Shown one piece after another: positions 29,536-39,312 of a DNA stretch of 64,000 nt. How positions within the stretch are numbered: the first letter of the stretch is position 1; the number at the start of each line of letters is the position of its first letter. The DNA is from an uncultured bacterium (GTDB lineage: Bacteria; CSSED10-310; CAZUFC01), in NCBI GenBank assembly GCA_964619725.1, contig CAZUFC010000032.1, forward strand, positions 1-64,000, given 5' to 3'. The notes beneath the pieces were generated by a model. The model was not told the origin of the DNA. It saw only the letters and a list, made by a program, of their open reading frames with translations, and searched no databases. The position numbers and the translations under genes were made by a program.

Positions 29536-32508
29536 TCAGGCGATTAACTCCATCTCCTGCAGGCGTGGCGAAAGCATTTCGACTGCGTTATCGAAAACAG
29601 TCCCCACATTGATCGATTCCATGCAGTAATTCAAACCCTGACGGCATATTCTGCTGTCGCATGCCTGACACTCCGAATCGCCCCTCAAGCTTCTGTCCTG
29701 AGGCCGATATGTTTCCCATACGGAGGGCGAGGGACCGCAAAGCGCGAGTATTGGAGTCGGGGTGGCGGCAGCGACGTGCATCAGTCCTGAATTATTGCCT
29801 ATGAAAAGGTCTGCGGCGTCTATGAGGGCGGCCAGATGCGAAACCGAGGGAGTCATCCCCGTCATATCGATTATTCTTTGTTTATGGTTATTGATGTTTT
29901 CCGTATCTAACCTTTCATTTTCAGAACCTACGATGATTATTTCTGCAGGAGTATTCCTCAGCAGCTCCCCGATAAGCAGTTGATATTTTATCGACGGCCA
30001 TTTCTTGTTATTCCATCCTTTTCCCGCGCCGGCATGGATCACCACACGCGGCACCCTCTTGTCCGAACGGTCGAATTTGTCCATGTATCCTTTCGCCCAT
30101 TCCTTCTCTTTTTTTCCGAACTTCACGACCGTGCCTTCCGCTGCCTCTGCCTGCCTGCCGCCTAGAAAACTCATGGCGTCCAGGATCATATGGTGAATCC
30201 GCATACCGGGTAACGGACTGTCGGCACTGCTGTTCAAACAACGGGTAAAATTAGATTCATCTTCTTCGGGAAGATCGCTGAATCCGATTCTGTATCTGAT
30301 TCCCGCGGCTACAGTCATCCATTTACTGGAATCGCAAGGCTCAACGTCCAAACACAAAGAATATCCCTCTTTTCTCAATGTCCTTACAGTTCTCAGTTTG
30401 CTCAGCAGCCCTTTATCGCCGCCCCCTTTCAGTATGCCTTCCGATTCGTTGCGCAAGTCGAATGGGATGAGCTTGTCCACATCATCATTATTCTTGAATA
30501 TTCCGAAACATTCGGACGGAACGGCCAGATGAACTACGATGCCCTGGCTGTTCTTTTTTAAAGAACGCAGAAGGGGCGTCACGGCGAGTTGATTCCCCAG
30601 GCTGTAATTATGATTGCAGATCAAAACTTTCCTTATCTTTCCCAGTTCAGCGGAACGGAGCAGTTTCTCGTAATCCTTATCGGTCTTCAGACTCGCGTAT
30701 TTCCTGATTATAATCCTGCGGACCTCATCAAATATGTCCCATACGGAACTCATCATCGCTTTGATGACATTGAACCGCTTCAGTTTGTTCTCCTTGATGC
30801 CGTAAATTAAAGGAAAAGCCTGAATGTGAAATGATATCTCGAACAATACCTTCTTCATGCGGCGCTTTTCTAAATCATCAGTCATGACGATTATTTCATT
30901 CACGTCATGCCGTTTCACCCATTCGCGTCGCTTGAATCTGTCCATACTGTCGATAGAATAAGGAAAAAATTGCACATCCTTGCATTCCTCTTCAGACAAC
31001 GAAACAGATTCGCCAGCTCCCAGAACGATCAACTTCCTTGAACTCAGCTTCTTCCTTAAACGCCGCATCACATTCACTGCCGGTTCATTGCTGAATCTCC
31101 ATAAAATCAGACTCGTTTTTTTCTCACGGGATGCCTCGCCCCATTCACTGATTTCAGCCTTGCCGTTCCCGGAAAACGCTACAATTCGAGAATCCGCCGT
31201 CTCTCGCTCCTTGATGATGTTTGTCCAGGCCTGCACCATCTTCACTGCGCTTCTCTTCCAGGTGTAATTCTCAATAATCCGATCATATTCGCTGTTCCAG
31301 GCCCTGTTTCTCGTCTTCGCCAGTTCTTCTGCCCATTGGTCCTCGTTGAGAGCTGCCAGGGAAACATTCCCAAGATTCATTATTTTTAATTCTTCAAGAG
31401 GAGACGCTACGATGTATTTACCTGCAGCGGTATACTCCAGAATCTTTATGGGTAAAGCGGCATCTGTCAGTCTATTCTTCTCGAACGGCAGGGTTCCCAC
31501 ATCAATCATGCGGAAATAAAGCGGCATATCTTCCGGGTCTTTCCGTCCCAGGAATCGAATCGAAGGATCATTTCGGTATTTAGGTTCCAGTCGCTCCGCT
31601 TCCTCCCCCGGTCCGATTATCAGCAAAACGGCATCATCCATCCGTTTTTTCAGTTTCTGAAAAGCTGCTGTTAAAAATTCCAGTCCGCTCCACCATTCGT
31701 GATTGCCTATGCAGCCTATTACCCACTTATCCTGGAGACCGAGACTATTCTTCAGTTTTGCTATACGTGTCTCGGAAACCGAACGGTACGCTTCCGGTTC
31801 AACCCCGTTGGGGATATAAAGCGGATTCCCGGCGCCCAGCGTCTTCAAAGAACTTAATAATACCCTGGAACAGGAAGAAGCGATGTCCGCCTTGCTGATT
31901 TCCTCCTTGTAGAATACCTTTAATCTCTCGTAGGCGGCCCGGTCTCCCGAACGGGAAAGCGCGCCCAGATGATCGTCAGCCAGATCGAACAAATAAACCG
32001 CTCCGGTATTCTCCGGAAAAGGATAATGTCCCGTATCCGAATTGACGACTGCCTGAATGTCGTATTCCTTGATGAACCGCTCCAGACGATACTTGTTATA
32101 CTCCCGGGCGCTCTGTCGATCGCTCCTGATGAGTCCCAGTCGGACATAGCTTATTTTTCCTTCGCGCTCCAAAAAAGTATAAGGATTCAGCAATCCCTTA
32201 ATCCTGCCCGGCAAATCGAACCTACTCTCCGAAAGTCTTTCCTCCGGAAGCAAATAGTAGGATCGGCGCTTCTCCGCCGCCGCACGAGCCAGCTCAAGAC
32301 TCCTGATTCTTACTCCTCCCGGATTCGTGGAATGGGGAATGAAGAGAACCCCGGGATATGCGGAATCAAGTTTCAAATCCTTGATTCCCCGTAATTTTTC
32401 CAACCTGTAAGCAGTGCGGAATAAACATTCGCACAACATATCCGATGAACCTCGCACCAAACTTCGATCCCTTTTTCTTCCCGCATCATTAAATGACTTT
32501 TTATTCAT
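29536..32508 (-). CDS. Fused GT4-like + GT9 glycosyltransferase (990 aa)
   Basis: N-part LFDLADDH, IPNGVE, LPIKILEYTAAGK; C-part SLGNQLAVTPLLRSLK, IHAGAG, KKWP, FIGNNSGLMHVAAA. Confidence 0.88.
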   Translation of the reverse strand: MNKKSFNDAGRKRDRSLVRGSSDMLCECLFRTAYRLEKLRGIKDLKLDSAYPGVLFIPHSTNPGGVRIRSLELARAAAEKRRSYYLLPEERLSESRFDLPGRIKGLLNPYTFLEREGKISYVRLGLIRSDRQSAREYNKYRLERFIKEYDIQAVVNSDTGHYPFPENTGAVYLFDLADDHLGALSRSGDRAAYERLKVFYKEEISKADIASSCSRVLLSSLKTLGAGNPLYIPNGVEPEAYRSVSETRIAKLKNSLGLQDKWVIGCIGNHEWWSGLEFLTAAFQKLKKRMDDAVLLIIGPGEEAERLEPKYRNDPSIRFLGRKDPEDMPLYFRMIDVGTLPFEKNRLTDAALPIKILEYTAAGKYIVASPLEELKIMNLGNVSLAALNEDQWAEELAKTRNRAWNSEYDRIIENYTWKRSAVKMVQAWTNIIKERETADSRIVAFSGNGKAEISEWGEASREKKTSLILWRFSNEPAVNVMRRLRKKLSSRKLIVLGAGESVSLSEEECKDVQFFPYSIDSMDRFKRREWVKRHDVNEIIVMTDDLEKRRMKKVLFEISFHIQAFPLIYGIKENKLKRFNVIKAMMSSVWDIFDEVRRIIIRKYASLKTDKDYEKLLRSAELGKIRKVLICNHNYSLGNQLAVTPLLRSLKKNSQGIVVHLAVPSECFGIFKNNDDVDKLIPFDLRNESEGILKGGGDKGLLSKLRTVRTLRKEGYSLCLDVEPCDSSKWMTVAAGIRYRIGFSDLPEEDESNFTRCLNSSADSPLPGMRIHHMILDAMSFLGGRQAEAAEGTVVKFGKKEKEWAKGYMDKFDRSDKRVPRVVIHAGAGKGWNNKKWPSIKYQLLIGELLRNTPAEIIIVGSENERLDTENINNHKQRIIDMTGMTPSVSHLAALIDAADLFIGNNSGLMHVAAATPTPILALCGPSPSVWETYRPQDRSLRGDSECQACDSRICRQGLNYCMESINVGTVFDNAVEMLSPRLQEMELIA

Positions 32509-32529
32509 AATTTACAATTGCCTCATCTT

Positions 32530-33750
32530 CTAGAAAATCATATCCAATAAATCGTCTGCAGACTTTCCTTCCGCCTCCCTGTACATCGACATGGCGGCGG
32601 ATGCGAATAATGTGCACCAGGTATACATTACCGGCGTCCGGCTTCTGAAAAGCCGCGAACGACGGACCTGATAAAAAAAAGCGCCCAGCATGTTGGGGTC
32701 TCTCTCCTCCAGGCACTGCATTCTTTTCAGGAACCCGATGCCCCTTTGAGCCGATTCTCTGTATTTTTCCTCATGGGACTTCACATACATGATCGTCCAC
32801 AGGCGGACAGCCTGGGCAGTCGCATCGCTCGTGCACAAGGAGAATATTCTATCGGCCTTCAAATACCTGGAATATCTCGGGTCCGCCTTGTAATCCCTCA
32901 ACAGAGCTCCGTCAGCAGTCTGCACATCCATCAGCCAGTCGACGCCCCTTTTGAAAGTTTCATAATAAGATTCGTCCTGCGTCTTCATCTGTCCATGCAG
33001 AAAGCCTTCGAGCGCATAGCAATGGGCATGCGTAAACACATACGCCTCCCTGTCGTTAGCCCAGAACGATCCGTCCTCATGCTGCAGCTCCAACGTCCTG
33101 TTCAGAACTCTTCTTGCGCAATCACGGAATTCCGGGGCTTCAGAGCAGTAGTTGTCCCTGAATTTAAGCAAAGCTACAGCCAGTTTCGCATGCAAGCAAC
33201 CGCCGTCTCCCACGAAAGTTATTCCCTCGTGAGACAAGGAGCCGTCCGTTTCATCGAAATAGGCGAAGAAAGAGCCGTCGCTGCGCTGCATCCGTATGAG
33301 CCATCGTGACGCATCGACAGCCGAACGCAAATATTTCCTGTCGCCCAGCGCCAGGTAAAGGTCCATCAGTCCTTGTATGCATATTCCGGCATCGAAGGCG
33401 TAATATAAATTTTTTACGGCATTATCTTTGAGCGAAAGGCTGTGCGGAAAAGCGCCGAACTGAAAAACCGATTCGTTTTTAACCTGGAATTTCAGAAGGT
33501 AATCGGCAGCCTGAACAGCATAATTCAGAAAAGCTTCCTCCCTGAACCACCGGTAAAATTGAACGTAAGCGCTGATGCCGTATCCCGTTATCTCATTGTA
33601 AACATACGGGTAATTCTTATTTTTCCAGTCGTAACCGTTCAACAAGCCCCCGTAAGCCGGGATGTTCGGATCGGAGACCCTGACGCCGGACTCCGACAAC
33701 CAGCACAGAGCCTTCTCCAGAGACTGATTCAGACTTTGTTCCATTATCAT
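32530..33750 (-). CDS. Alpha/alpha-toroid protein (prenyltransferase/squalene-cyclase-repeat or six-hairpin glycosidase-like), function unknown
   Basis: Repeated A..WL..Q..DGS helical hairpins (WLIRMQRSDGSF, LELQHEDGSF, WLMDVQTADG); YNEITGY, THAHCYALEG. Confidence 0.7.
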   Translation of the reverse strand: MIMEQSLNQSLEKALCWLSESGVRVSDPNIPAYGGLLNGYDWKNKNYPYVYNEITGYGISAYVQFYRWFREEAFLNYAVQAADYLLKFQVKNESVFQFGAFPHSLSLKDNAVKNLYYAFDAGICIQGLMDLYLALGDRKYLRSAVDASRWLIRMQRSDGSFFAYFDETDGSLSHEGITFVGDGGCLHAKLAVALLKFRDNYCSEAPEFRDCARRVLNRTLELQHEDGSFWANDREAYVFTHAHCYALEGFLHGQMKTQDESYYETFKRGVDWLMDVQTADGALLRDYKADPRYSRYLKADRIFSLCTSDATAQAVRLWTIMYVKSHEEKYRESAQRGIGFLKRMQCLEERDPNMLGAFFYQVRRSRLFRSRTPVMYTWCTLFASAAMSMYREAEGKSADDLLDMIF

Positions 33751-34460
33751 TTTTTATATCCTTTCCAGGCGATATACGGATTAAAGAAGGGAAAACCTTC
33801 AAATAATTTCTGGAATTTACGTTGCGGCGGTCTGACAAACTGAACCTCGACATGCAGTCCTTTAGATTTCATCAGATTCCTGAATTGATACGGTCGAAAC
33901 CATTTCTCTTTGAATGCAAAGTCTTTAGAATACATCCAGCGATTAGACCGTTCGCGACGTATTTTCCATAAAAGGGCGGGAACGGGAAAATCCGGACCGC
34001 CGTAGGGACAATCAAGCGAATATGTATTTTTATCGAACACCAGGACCTTTCCGTTTTTTTTCAGCACTCTTGCGATCTCCTCCAGGGCCGTATCTATATC
34101 AGGGATATGTTCCAGGACCTCAAAAGCAATAACGGCATCAATGGAGTTTTCAGCGAAGGGTAGCGACGTTCCCGAACCAGTGAGAAAGGCGCCTTTCCTG
34201 TGATGTTCAGCAGCGGCGCAGACCAGTTTTTCAGCCGTATCAATTCCGATGGTCACGGCGCCGCGACGCTGCAGGAATTCAGTAAACCGGCCCTTGGCGC
34301 ACCCGATATCCAGAACTCTGGCGCCGTTTACCGGTTGAAGGAAATCCTTGATGATGAGCCATTGATAATCCTCAGCATGCGTTTCGCACGGGAACATGCG
34401 ATGTTCAGTCAACTCATTGAAGATATTTCTGATTCCGGCTTCGATATTTTGAGCATTCAT
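33747..34460 (-). CDS. Class I SAM-dependent methyltransferase
   Basis: VLDIGCAKG, LPFAENSIDAV, EVLEHI, EIARVLKKNG; ATG at 34460 overlaps the upstream stop (ATGA). Confidence 0.9.
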   Translation of the reverse strand: MNAQNIEAGIRNIFNELTEHRMFPCETHAEDYQWLIIKDFLQPVNGARVLDIGCAKGRFTEFLQRRGAVTIGIDTAEKLVCAAAEHHRKGAFLTGSGTSLPFAENSIDAVIAFEVLEHIPDIDTALEEIARVLKKNGKVLVFDKNTYSLDCPYGGPDFPVPALLWKIRRERSNRWMYSKDFAFKEKWFRPYQFRNLMKSKGLHVEVQFVRPPQRKFQKLFEGFPFFNPYIAWKGYKK

Positions 34461-35368
34461 GATCTGGGCGCTCCGTAATTCTGAAAGAGGAAATCCATAA
34501 AACCTGCCCATATTTGCCTTCCGGCGCCCAATCTTTTCCTGTGAAGATATTTCATTGTGTCGAGCATTACGTATTTCAAGAGGTAATGGATCATGAATCT
34601 GGCGAATTGAATTCCGGTTGCATGGGTACGAACGATGAGAGGCCGGTTGCGGCTGTACATATACAAATTGAAATTATTCAATTCCTTTACGGTCAAAGAG
34701 ACGTCATGCCAGAGTTTGGCATCTCTTGCGGCGACGACTTTCCAACCCGCCTTCCTGGCGCGCAGACAGAACTCGGTTTCTTCAAAATAAAGGAAGAAGC
34801 GATCGTCCAGCAAACCGACAGATTCAAAGACCTCTTTTTTAACGTAAAGGCACGAGCCGGCCACATAGTCGAATTCCCTGCAAAGCGCCGTGTTATCGTC
34901 GGGATAAACGGATTTGACCTCTCCTTTGCACAAATCGAAGTAACCGCCCCAGAACCACTCTTTCCTGGGCTCCTTCAAATAAAAATTCCTGGCTCCTACT
35001 ATACCTATTCCGGGATCGGACTCAGCCGCCTCCGCCAGTCGCGCGATCATCTTTCTGTGAGGAACGGTATCGTTGTTGACGATGACGACAGCGTCGGTAT
35101 CCGTACTCAACGCCTTCTGCAGCCCGGCATTATTGCCTCCCGTATATCCCCGGTTTTCCGGCAGATTCAGAGTCTCCACGCCATCCATCTCCAGCGGCTT
35201 CTCCGAACCGTTATCGACCAACAGCATTCTCATTTTCGGATAATCCTGTCGTTTAAACGCCTGCAGACAGCGGCGGGTGGCTTCAGGCATGTTCCAGTTC
35301 AGGACGATGACCGTAACCGAGGGCAGCACATGTTTCTCCCTTTTCATAATGATCCGTCGTTTACTCAA
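34457..35368 (-). CDS. Glycosyltransferase family 2 (WbbL/rhamnosyltransferase-like)
   Basis: VIVLNWN, VDNGS, NRGYTGGNN, VNND, GLLDDRFFLYFEETEFCLRA. Confidence 0.9.
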   Translation of the reverse strand: MSKRRIIMKREKHVLPSVTVIVLNWNMPEATRRCLQAFKRQDYPKMRMLLVDNGSEKPLEMDGVETLNLPENRGYTGGNNAGLQKALSTDTDAVVIVNNDTVPHRKMIARLAEAAESDPGIGIVGARNFYLKEPRKEWFWGGYFDLCKGEVKSVYPDDNTALCREFDYVAGSCLYVKKEVFESVGLLDDRFFLYFEETEFCLRARKAGWKVVAARDAKLWHDVSLTVKELNNFNLYMYSRNRPLIVRTHATGIQFARFMIHYLLKYVMLDTMKYLHRKRLGAGRQIWAGFMDFLFQNYGAPRS

Positions 35369-36717
35369 CTTCCCGGCTGAGGGACCCGTTTGGGCCCTGA
35401 ATGAAAGGTTAATCTTGCCCGGACGATTAATCTGCGAAGCAGCCGGTAATAATCTTTTATGTCCTCTGCGTTTACCAGGACTAGTTCATGCCAGCCTAAA
35501 CCGGAGCGCCTCTTGAAAAGCCTCATGAAAAGCGCGGCAGTAGCAAAATAGGTCAGAGCAACCGCTGCAGCCGCTCCTGCGGTTTCGAAACGGCCCGCCA
35601 GCAGGATCACCAGAGGAATGTTAATGACCAAACCCAGCAATCCGATGAGGGAACTGGTCAACGGCTTTTGAAGCTGATTCGTGTAGAATACCGCCAGATT
35701 GTTGGCCGCTCCGAACATGATCAGACCCGGAAGCAGTATCTTCAAAGGCATCAACGCCGGAAGATATTCCTGGCCGTAAACCAGAGGAATCAGAATGGGA
35801 CCGGCAAAATACCACGCTACAGTGAACAGGCTCCCCAACATGATAAAATGCCTTAATATCCTCGCCGTCAATATAGTCGCCTTTTTTTCCGAATCGCCGG
35901 TAATTCGAGGCGTTGAAGCTGTGACAACCGGATCGGTCATTAAAAACATCTTCTCGCCCAGTGATTCAGCCAATGAGTAGAATCCCACGCCCGCCGTGTT
36001 CACAAATATGTTTACGAAAAATAAATCAAGACGGTTATATATTCTTGATGCTATCGTTCCGATATGAGCTTTCGCTCCAAATGACAACATCTTACGGAAA
36101 ACGTTGTAGTCCGGTTTTAACCTGAATCCGCCGTATTTGACGGCCAGTGAAAATTGAATGATGAAACCCGCCAGTGTCGTAACCGCCCACAAACCGACCA
36201 GGCCCTTCAGTCCGAGATTAAATGCCAGAAGAACCAGCAAAGCGCCGATCACGCCGATGACATTGGATGCCGTGTTGTATATGGCCGTCGTTTTTATCCT
36301 GTTAAGCCCGATCATCATCGAACCCCAGAAACGCATGTACATGGAAAAAGGTACGATGATTATCGCCACCCAGCAGTATACCTCCGGGACACCCTTCAGG
36401 GCCGTGCGATGAAGTAAAGACTGAAAAAGCAGATATCCCCCTAATAACGGCACTGAAATCAATATCGACCAAGCCAGAGAATTGGCGTTTATTACCGCCA
36501 GACTCACCTTCTTCTTGGCCAGCATGACCGTATTGGTGCAGTCCAATCCCAGGCTTCCGAAATTGATGCTGAGAATGGCGCCGGCTTTCAACAGAAAATA
36601 AGTACCGCGCAACGAAGGACCAAGCACCCGGGAAATAACCACACTCAGGAAAATCGCAGAAATGAAGGCCGCCGCCTGAGCTACAATCAGCATCGATGAG
36701 TTTTTCGCCAGACTCAA
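35365..36717 (-). CDS. wzx: Wzx-type polysaccharide flippase
   Basis: About 12 TM segments; ISRVLGPSLRG, NRLDLFFV, VGFYSLA, LVYGQEY; TTG start. Confidence 0.88.
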   Translation of the reverse strand: MSLAKNSSMLIVAQAAAFISAIFLSVVISRVLGPSLRGTYFLLKAGAILSINFGSLGLDCTNTVMLAKKKVSLAVINANSLAWSILISVPLLGGYLLFQSLLHRTALKGVPEVYCWVAIIIVPFSMYMRFWGSMMIGLNRIKTTAIYNTASNVIGVIGALLVLLAFNLGLKGLVGLWAVTTLAGFIIQFSLAVKYGGFRLKPDYNVFRKMLSFGAKAHIGTIASRIYNRLDLFFVNIFVNTAGVGFYSLAESLGEKMFLMTDPVVTASTPRITGDSEKKATILTARILRHFIMLGSLFTVAWYFAGPILIPLVYGQEYLPALMPLKILLPGLIMFGAANNLAVFYTNQLQKPLTSSLIGLLGLVINIPLVILLAGRFETAGAAAAVALTYFATAALFMRLFKRRSGLGWHELVLVNAEDIKDYYRLLRRLIVRARLTFHSGPKRVPQPGS

Positions 36718-36759
36718 GTATTCAGCTCCTTTTTATTAGATTAAGGCTTGGGAAGGAAT

Positions 36760-39312
36760 TCAGGTTTTGGATGAGGAGTTATCCTCTCCGGGTTTGTTCG
36801 CGCGGGAATAATTCATTTTTTCCCTGCAACGATTAGCCCATATTTTAGCTTCTTTATTGTCGGGTTCTAACCGAACTACTCGCTTGAACTGGCGAATGGC
36901 GGCATCATAGTCATGAAGCCAATAGAACATTTTGCCGTACCAGAAGCGGTAATAGGTGTTACGGGGCTCCAGACTGCAGGCTGTTGCGTTGTTTTCCAAT
37001 GCCGCCTTTTTATCCTGCAGACGGTAAAAGGCCAGGTCGGCCAGCTTGAAATAGGCATCTGCATTTTTGGGATGCTCTTCCAGATAACTTTCTATCAGTT
37101 GGTATGCATCGAGGTATTTACGTTGATGTATGTAAGTTTCCGCCCACCCTTTGATGTAATGCCAATACCTGTCCGGTTCCGCCTGTTCAGCGGCCAGAGC
37201 GTATTGAGTTTTGTTCTGTTCCCATAGTTCGTTTGTAATGAGAAAAACGACCAGGGCATAAATTCCCTGATCATAGTTATCCGGAATCAATTGTACCAGT
37301 TCGCTGAATTGCGTCGTTTGCCGGGCGAAACTCTGCAGAAATTCATTCAGAAATTCCGGACTGTGTGATACGACCTGAGCGGCATTGGATAAAGCGCATT
37401 CCATCAACTCATCTGATTTTCGCTCATCCGCTGCCTCGAAAGCTCTTTCCAGGCAAAAGTAAGCGTAAGCCCTCAAACGATAAATGCTGTTCGGCTCCAG
37501 AATGACAGCATTCTTCATGCTTACCGCGGCAGCGTCCCAGTTCCCGCTGTTTTTCAATTCCCAGGCCAGGCTTTGCCGGTATCTTGCCCTGCAGATATTT
37601 TTGTCCACGGCTTTTTTCAGGTAACTAATGCTGCGCTGCCTGTCCGGGCTGGAGGAAGCGCGGAGATATTCCAGCTTAGCCCAACCGGGGGCCCAGCTTT
37701 TTGCTCTTTCCAGCAATACAGGTGAGTCGACGTCATAGTCATTGAGCACGAAATCCGTCAGCAGGGAAACAGATACGCCCGTCTCCCGCACCTCAAGAAT
37801 CTGCTCTGCAGCGGCGTGTCTGAATGCCGCAACTGCCGGGATAATGCTGAGGACCGTTGCAAGAAGGGCTTTTACCTTTAATGAATTCATCGCGGAATTT
37901 GAAGACCGGGATGACCCCATAAGCCGGAAAGCCGCGGCCCCTCCTGCCAGGCATAAACCGAAAAAAAACAAATTGGCGTTGATCTGAAAGTTGAACTCCG
38001 CCAGGCTGTGCAACAGCATCACCGAGACCGCAGCGATAAAGCCTGTCCAGATACCTTTGACGGGCTGAAGAAACAATTGGAATTTTTCAAGATTTCTGCG
38101 CCGAGGTCCTATAGCGCCGATAAAAACGGCAAAAGCTGCGATAATCAGGATAAAACCGATTAAACCGTTTTCCGCTGCGATTTCCAGATAATCGTTGTGA
38201 GCATGTGACCAGACCTTACCCGGGGTCGCCGGCGCATATCGTCGGAACGCATCGGGAAAAGCGCCCGGTCCGAAACCGAAAAGCGGATAATCCCTGACCG
38301 CGTTCACAGTGCTTTGCCATAAAGAAATGCGCCGGGATAAAGAAGTCCCGGCCTCTTGCGGTCCCTCCGCTGAAATGCTTGCTCCGTTATTCTCCTGAAC
38401 CGCGGAATACCCCACAATCACCATACAGAATAAAAGAAAAAGCACGGCCAGCCCGCGGCCGGTCATGCGACCAGCCCCCGGCTCTTTTCTTCTCAACCAT
38501 AGCAGACACACGGTTAATCCGAAAAAAACGGCGACGAGACCTCCGCTCGAACCGGAAGGCAACAATGCGGCGAATGTCAGTATCATGGAGCCCAGGACAA
38601 AGGGAATTATCCGTGAATAATGGGGATTCTCCCGCTTTTTCGACAGACAGTAAAACAAAAATCCCAGATTCACCGGCAATATCATGGCCGTAAAACAGGC
38701 ATAATGGTTCCTGTTGATGAAAGAACCGTAAAAGTCCCTGAAGTCTCCGCTTATGGGCCTTACCCAGTAAATGCCGGCGGCTCCGGTAATTTTTTGCGCC
38801 AGAGCGATTACAGATGATAATACGCCCAGCACAATTATCCCGGTCGTCAGTTGAACCAGTCTCTTTTCGGAATTCACCGTCAGCAGCGTCAAAAGAAAGA
38901 CATTGACGAATATCGCTATTTTCAGAAGATATAAGCGTCCGGCATAGGGCATCAAAGTCCCCGGCCTCCATAACGGTTTCAGTACGCCGTCTTCGGGAAC
39001 CGGGATATTCGAAGTGTGATGAACGGAAGGAAATGATATCTGGAGAACAACCAGCGCCAGAAATCCAACAGCCGCAATGAAAGCTATCCTTATCGCCGGC
39101 TTTACCGATTCCGGTAAGGTCGATCCGGCGCTCTTCCGGAACAACTCAAAAACCGTCCCCGTCATCAGAAGACCCAGAAGAATCAAGGAAGGCCCTGTCT
39201 CAGTCGAACCGAAAGCTAATGGAGCCCAGAACAGAGCGATAATCAAAAAAACATTGATTGACGGCAGTTTGAGGCTCCTGTTTTCGAGTCTGCAGGAATT
39301 CGCCGCCATCAA
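36760..39312 (-). CDS. O-antigen ligase/Wzy_C-family membrane protein with C-terminal TPR region (candidate polymerase or oligosaccharyltransferase)
   Basis: YGSFINRNHYA, SGSSGG, RRISLW, PLFGFGPGAF, HAHNDYLE, EFNFQI; TPR repeats in the C-terminal ~300 aa. Confidence 0.85.
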   Translation of the reverse strand: MMAANSCRLENRSLKLPSINVFLIIALFWAPLAFGSTETGPSLILLGLLMTGTVFELFRKSAGSTLPESVKPAIRIAFIAAVGFLALVVLQISFPSVHHTSNIPVPEDGVLKPLWRPGTLMPYAGRLYLLKIAIFVNVFLLTLLTVNSEKRLVQLTTGIIVLGVLSSVIALAQKITGAAGIYWVRPISGDFRDFYGSFINRNHYACFTAMILPVNLGFLFYCLSKKRENPHYSRIIPFVLGSMILTFAALLPSGSSGGLVAVFFGLTVCLLWLRRKEPGAGRMTGRGLAVLFLLFCMVIVGYSAVQENNGASISAEGPQEAGTSLSRRISLWQSTVNAVRDYPLFGFGPGAFPDAFRRYAPATPGKVWSHAHNDYLEIAAENGLIGFILIIAAFAVFIGAIGPRRRNLEKFQLFLQPVKGIWTGFIAAVSVMLLHSLAEFNFQINANLFFFGLCLAGGAAAFRLMGSSRSSNSAMNSLKVKALLATVLSIIPAVAAFRHAAAEQILEVRETGVSVSLLTDFVLNDYDVDSPVLLERAKSWAPGWAKLEYLRASSSPDRQRSISYLKKAVDKNICRARYRQSLAWELKNSGNWDAAAVSMKNAVILEPNSIYRLRAYAYFCLERAFEAADERKSDELMECALSNAAQVVSHSPEFLNEFLQSFARQTTQFSELVQLIPDNYDQGIYALVVFLITNELWEQNKTQYALAAEQAEPDRYWHYIKGWAETYIHQRKYLDAYQLIESYLEEHPKNADAYFKLADLAFYRLQDKKAALENNATACSLEPRNTYYRFWYGKMFYWLHDYDAAIRQFKRVVRLEPDNKEAKIWANRCREKMNYSRANKPGEDNSSSKT

